Part shown: positions 63,652-64,000 of the stretch, piece after piece
How the letters are laid out: every line of letters starts with the position of its first letter
How positions within the stretch are numbered: the first letter of the stretch is position 1
NCBI GenBank assembly: GCA_004557035.1
Contig: SFFB01000019.1
Location: forward strand, 58,734 to 122,733
Length of the DNA stretch: 64,000 bases
DNA from: Bacteroidales bacterium
Lineage (GTDB): Bacteria > Bacteroidota > Bacteroidia > Bacteroidales > Bacteroidaceae
Reading direction: 5' to 3'
Program-made: the position numbers and the translations under genes
Notes under the pieces: model-generated
The model's database searches: none
The model's input: only the letters and a program-made list of their open reading frames with translations
What the model was told of the DNA's origin: nothing

Positions 63652-63843
63652 ATGAACAAGAAATCATATCTTACCCCCCGATTTGCCGTATTCACTCTCG
63701 CCACCGATGCGCCCATCTTGGCCGGCTCCATCCTTGACGGCGAAGGCGGCGACAACAGCAACATCACGCCCTCCGACACCGAACATACCGGTTCGTTCGA
63801 CAGCAACCGCCACGGTTGGAGCTCCGACAATTGGAGCGAATAA
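63652..63843 (+). CDS. Small peptide of the Bacteroidales YxxP...ILAGS type
   Basis: A-rich initiation context, host-like codons, position between the T9SS gene and the terminator. Confidence 0.7.
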   Translation: MNKKSYLTPRFAVFTLATDAPILAGSILDGEGGDNSNITPSDTEHTGSFDSNRHGWSSDNWSE

Positions 63844-63871
63844 TCGCGACGACACGTTATAAAATTCATCA

Positions 63872-63915
63872 CGACCCGCCTATTCATTTATGTTGAGTAG
63901 GCGGGTCGGTTTTTT
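63872..63915 (+). terminator. Intrinsic terminator
   Basis: CGACCCGCCTATTCA-loop-TGAGTAGGCGGGTCG followed by a T tract. Confidence 0.8.
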
Positions 63916-64000
63916 GTATTTGGCGTAATGTTTTTATTGATTATTACCAATGGATAAAGCGGCCACGCAAGGCCTGAAGGGCGGGATATCCTAATTTGTA

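Overview
A 64-kb chromosomal segment from a Bacteroidales organism. Prevotellaceae/Alloprevotella-like origin is inferred from gene order, T9SS C-terminal domains and TAnnTTTG promoters. Most genes are housekeeping or envelope genes: a GH20 hexosaminidase, porG-uppS-bamA-skp-skp, dacB, priA, mutS, leuS, yfhO, ychF, lgt, a CDP-ribitol/LicD glycan cluster, floA, ptb-buk, an msbA-like ABC transporter, rnhA, argS, nrdDG and a PCMD/porin/T9SS surface locus. The most unusual signal is non-coding. Nearly every intergenic space holds a nested repeat system made of octamer tandem arrays, a TTTGAGCGGCCAAG boundary motif, large REP-like palindromes with swappable hairpin loops, and a ~70-bp module flanked by AA. 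A related TA-bounded hairpin unit forms tandem arrays exactly at -7 promoter boxes. Other notable items: a 1.6-kb region bounded by inverted repeats that carries P4-like NGTTCACC iterons around an AT-rich core; an AraC plus two-lipoprotein cassette flanked by 143-bp direct repeats; a DnaA-box cluster (candidate oriC) upstream of nrdD; and T9SS genes with AT-rich swapped internal domains. No transposase, integrase, Cas, tRNA or rRNA gene was recognised. All calls are by eye; no database searches were run.
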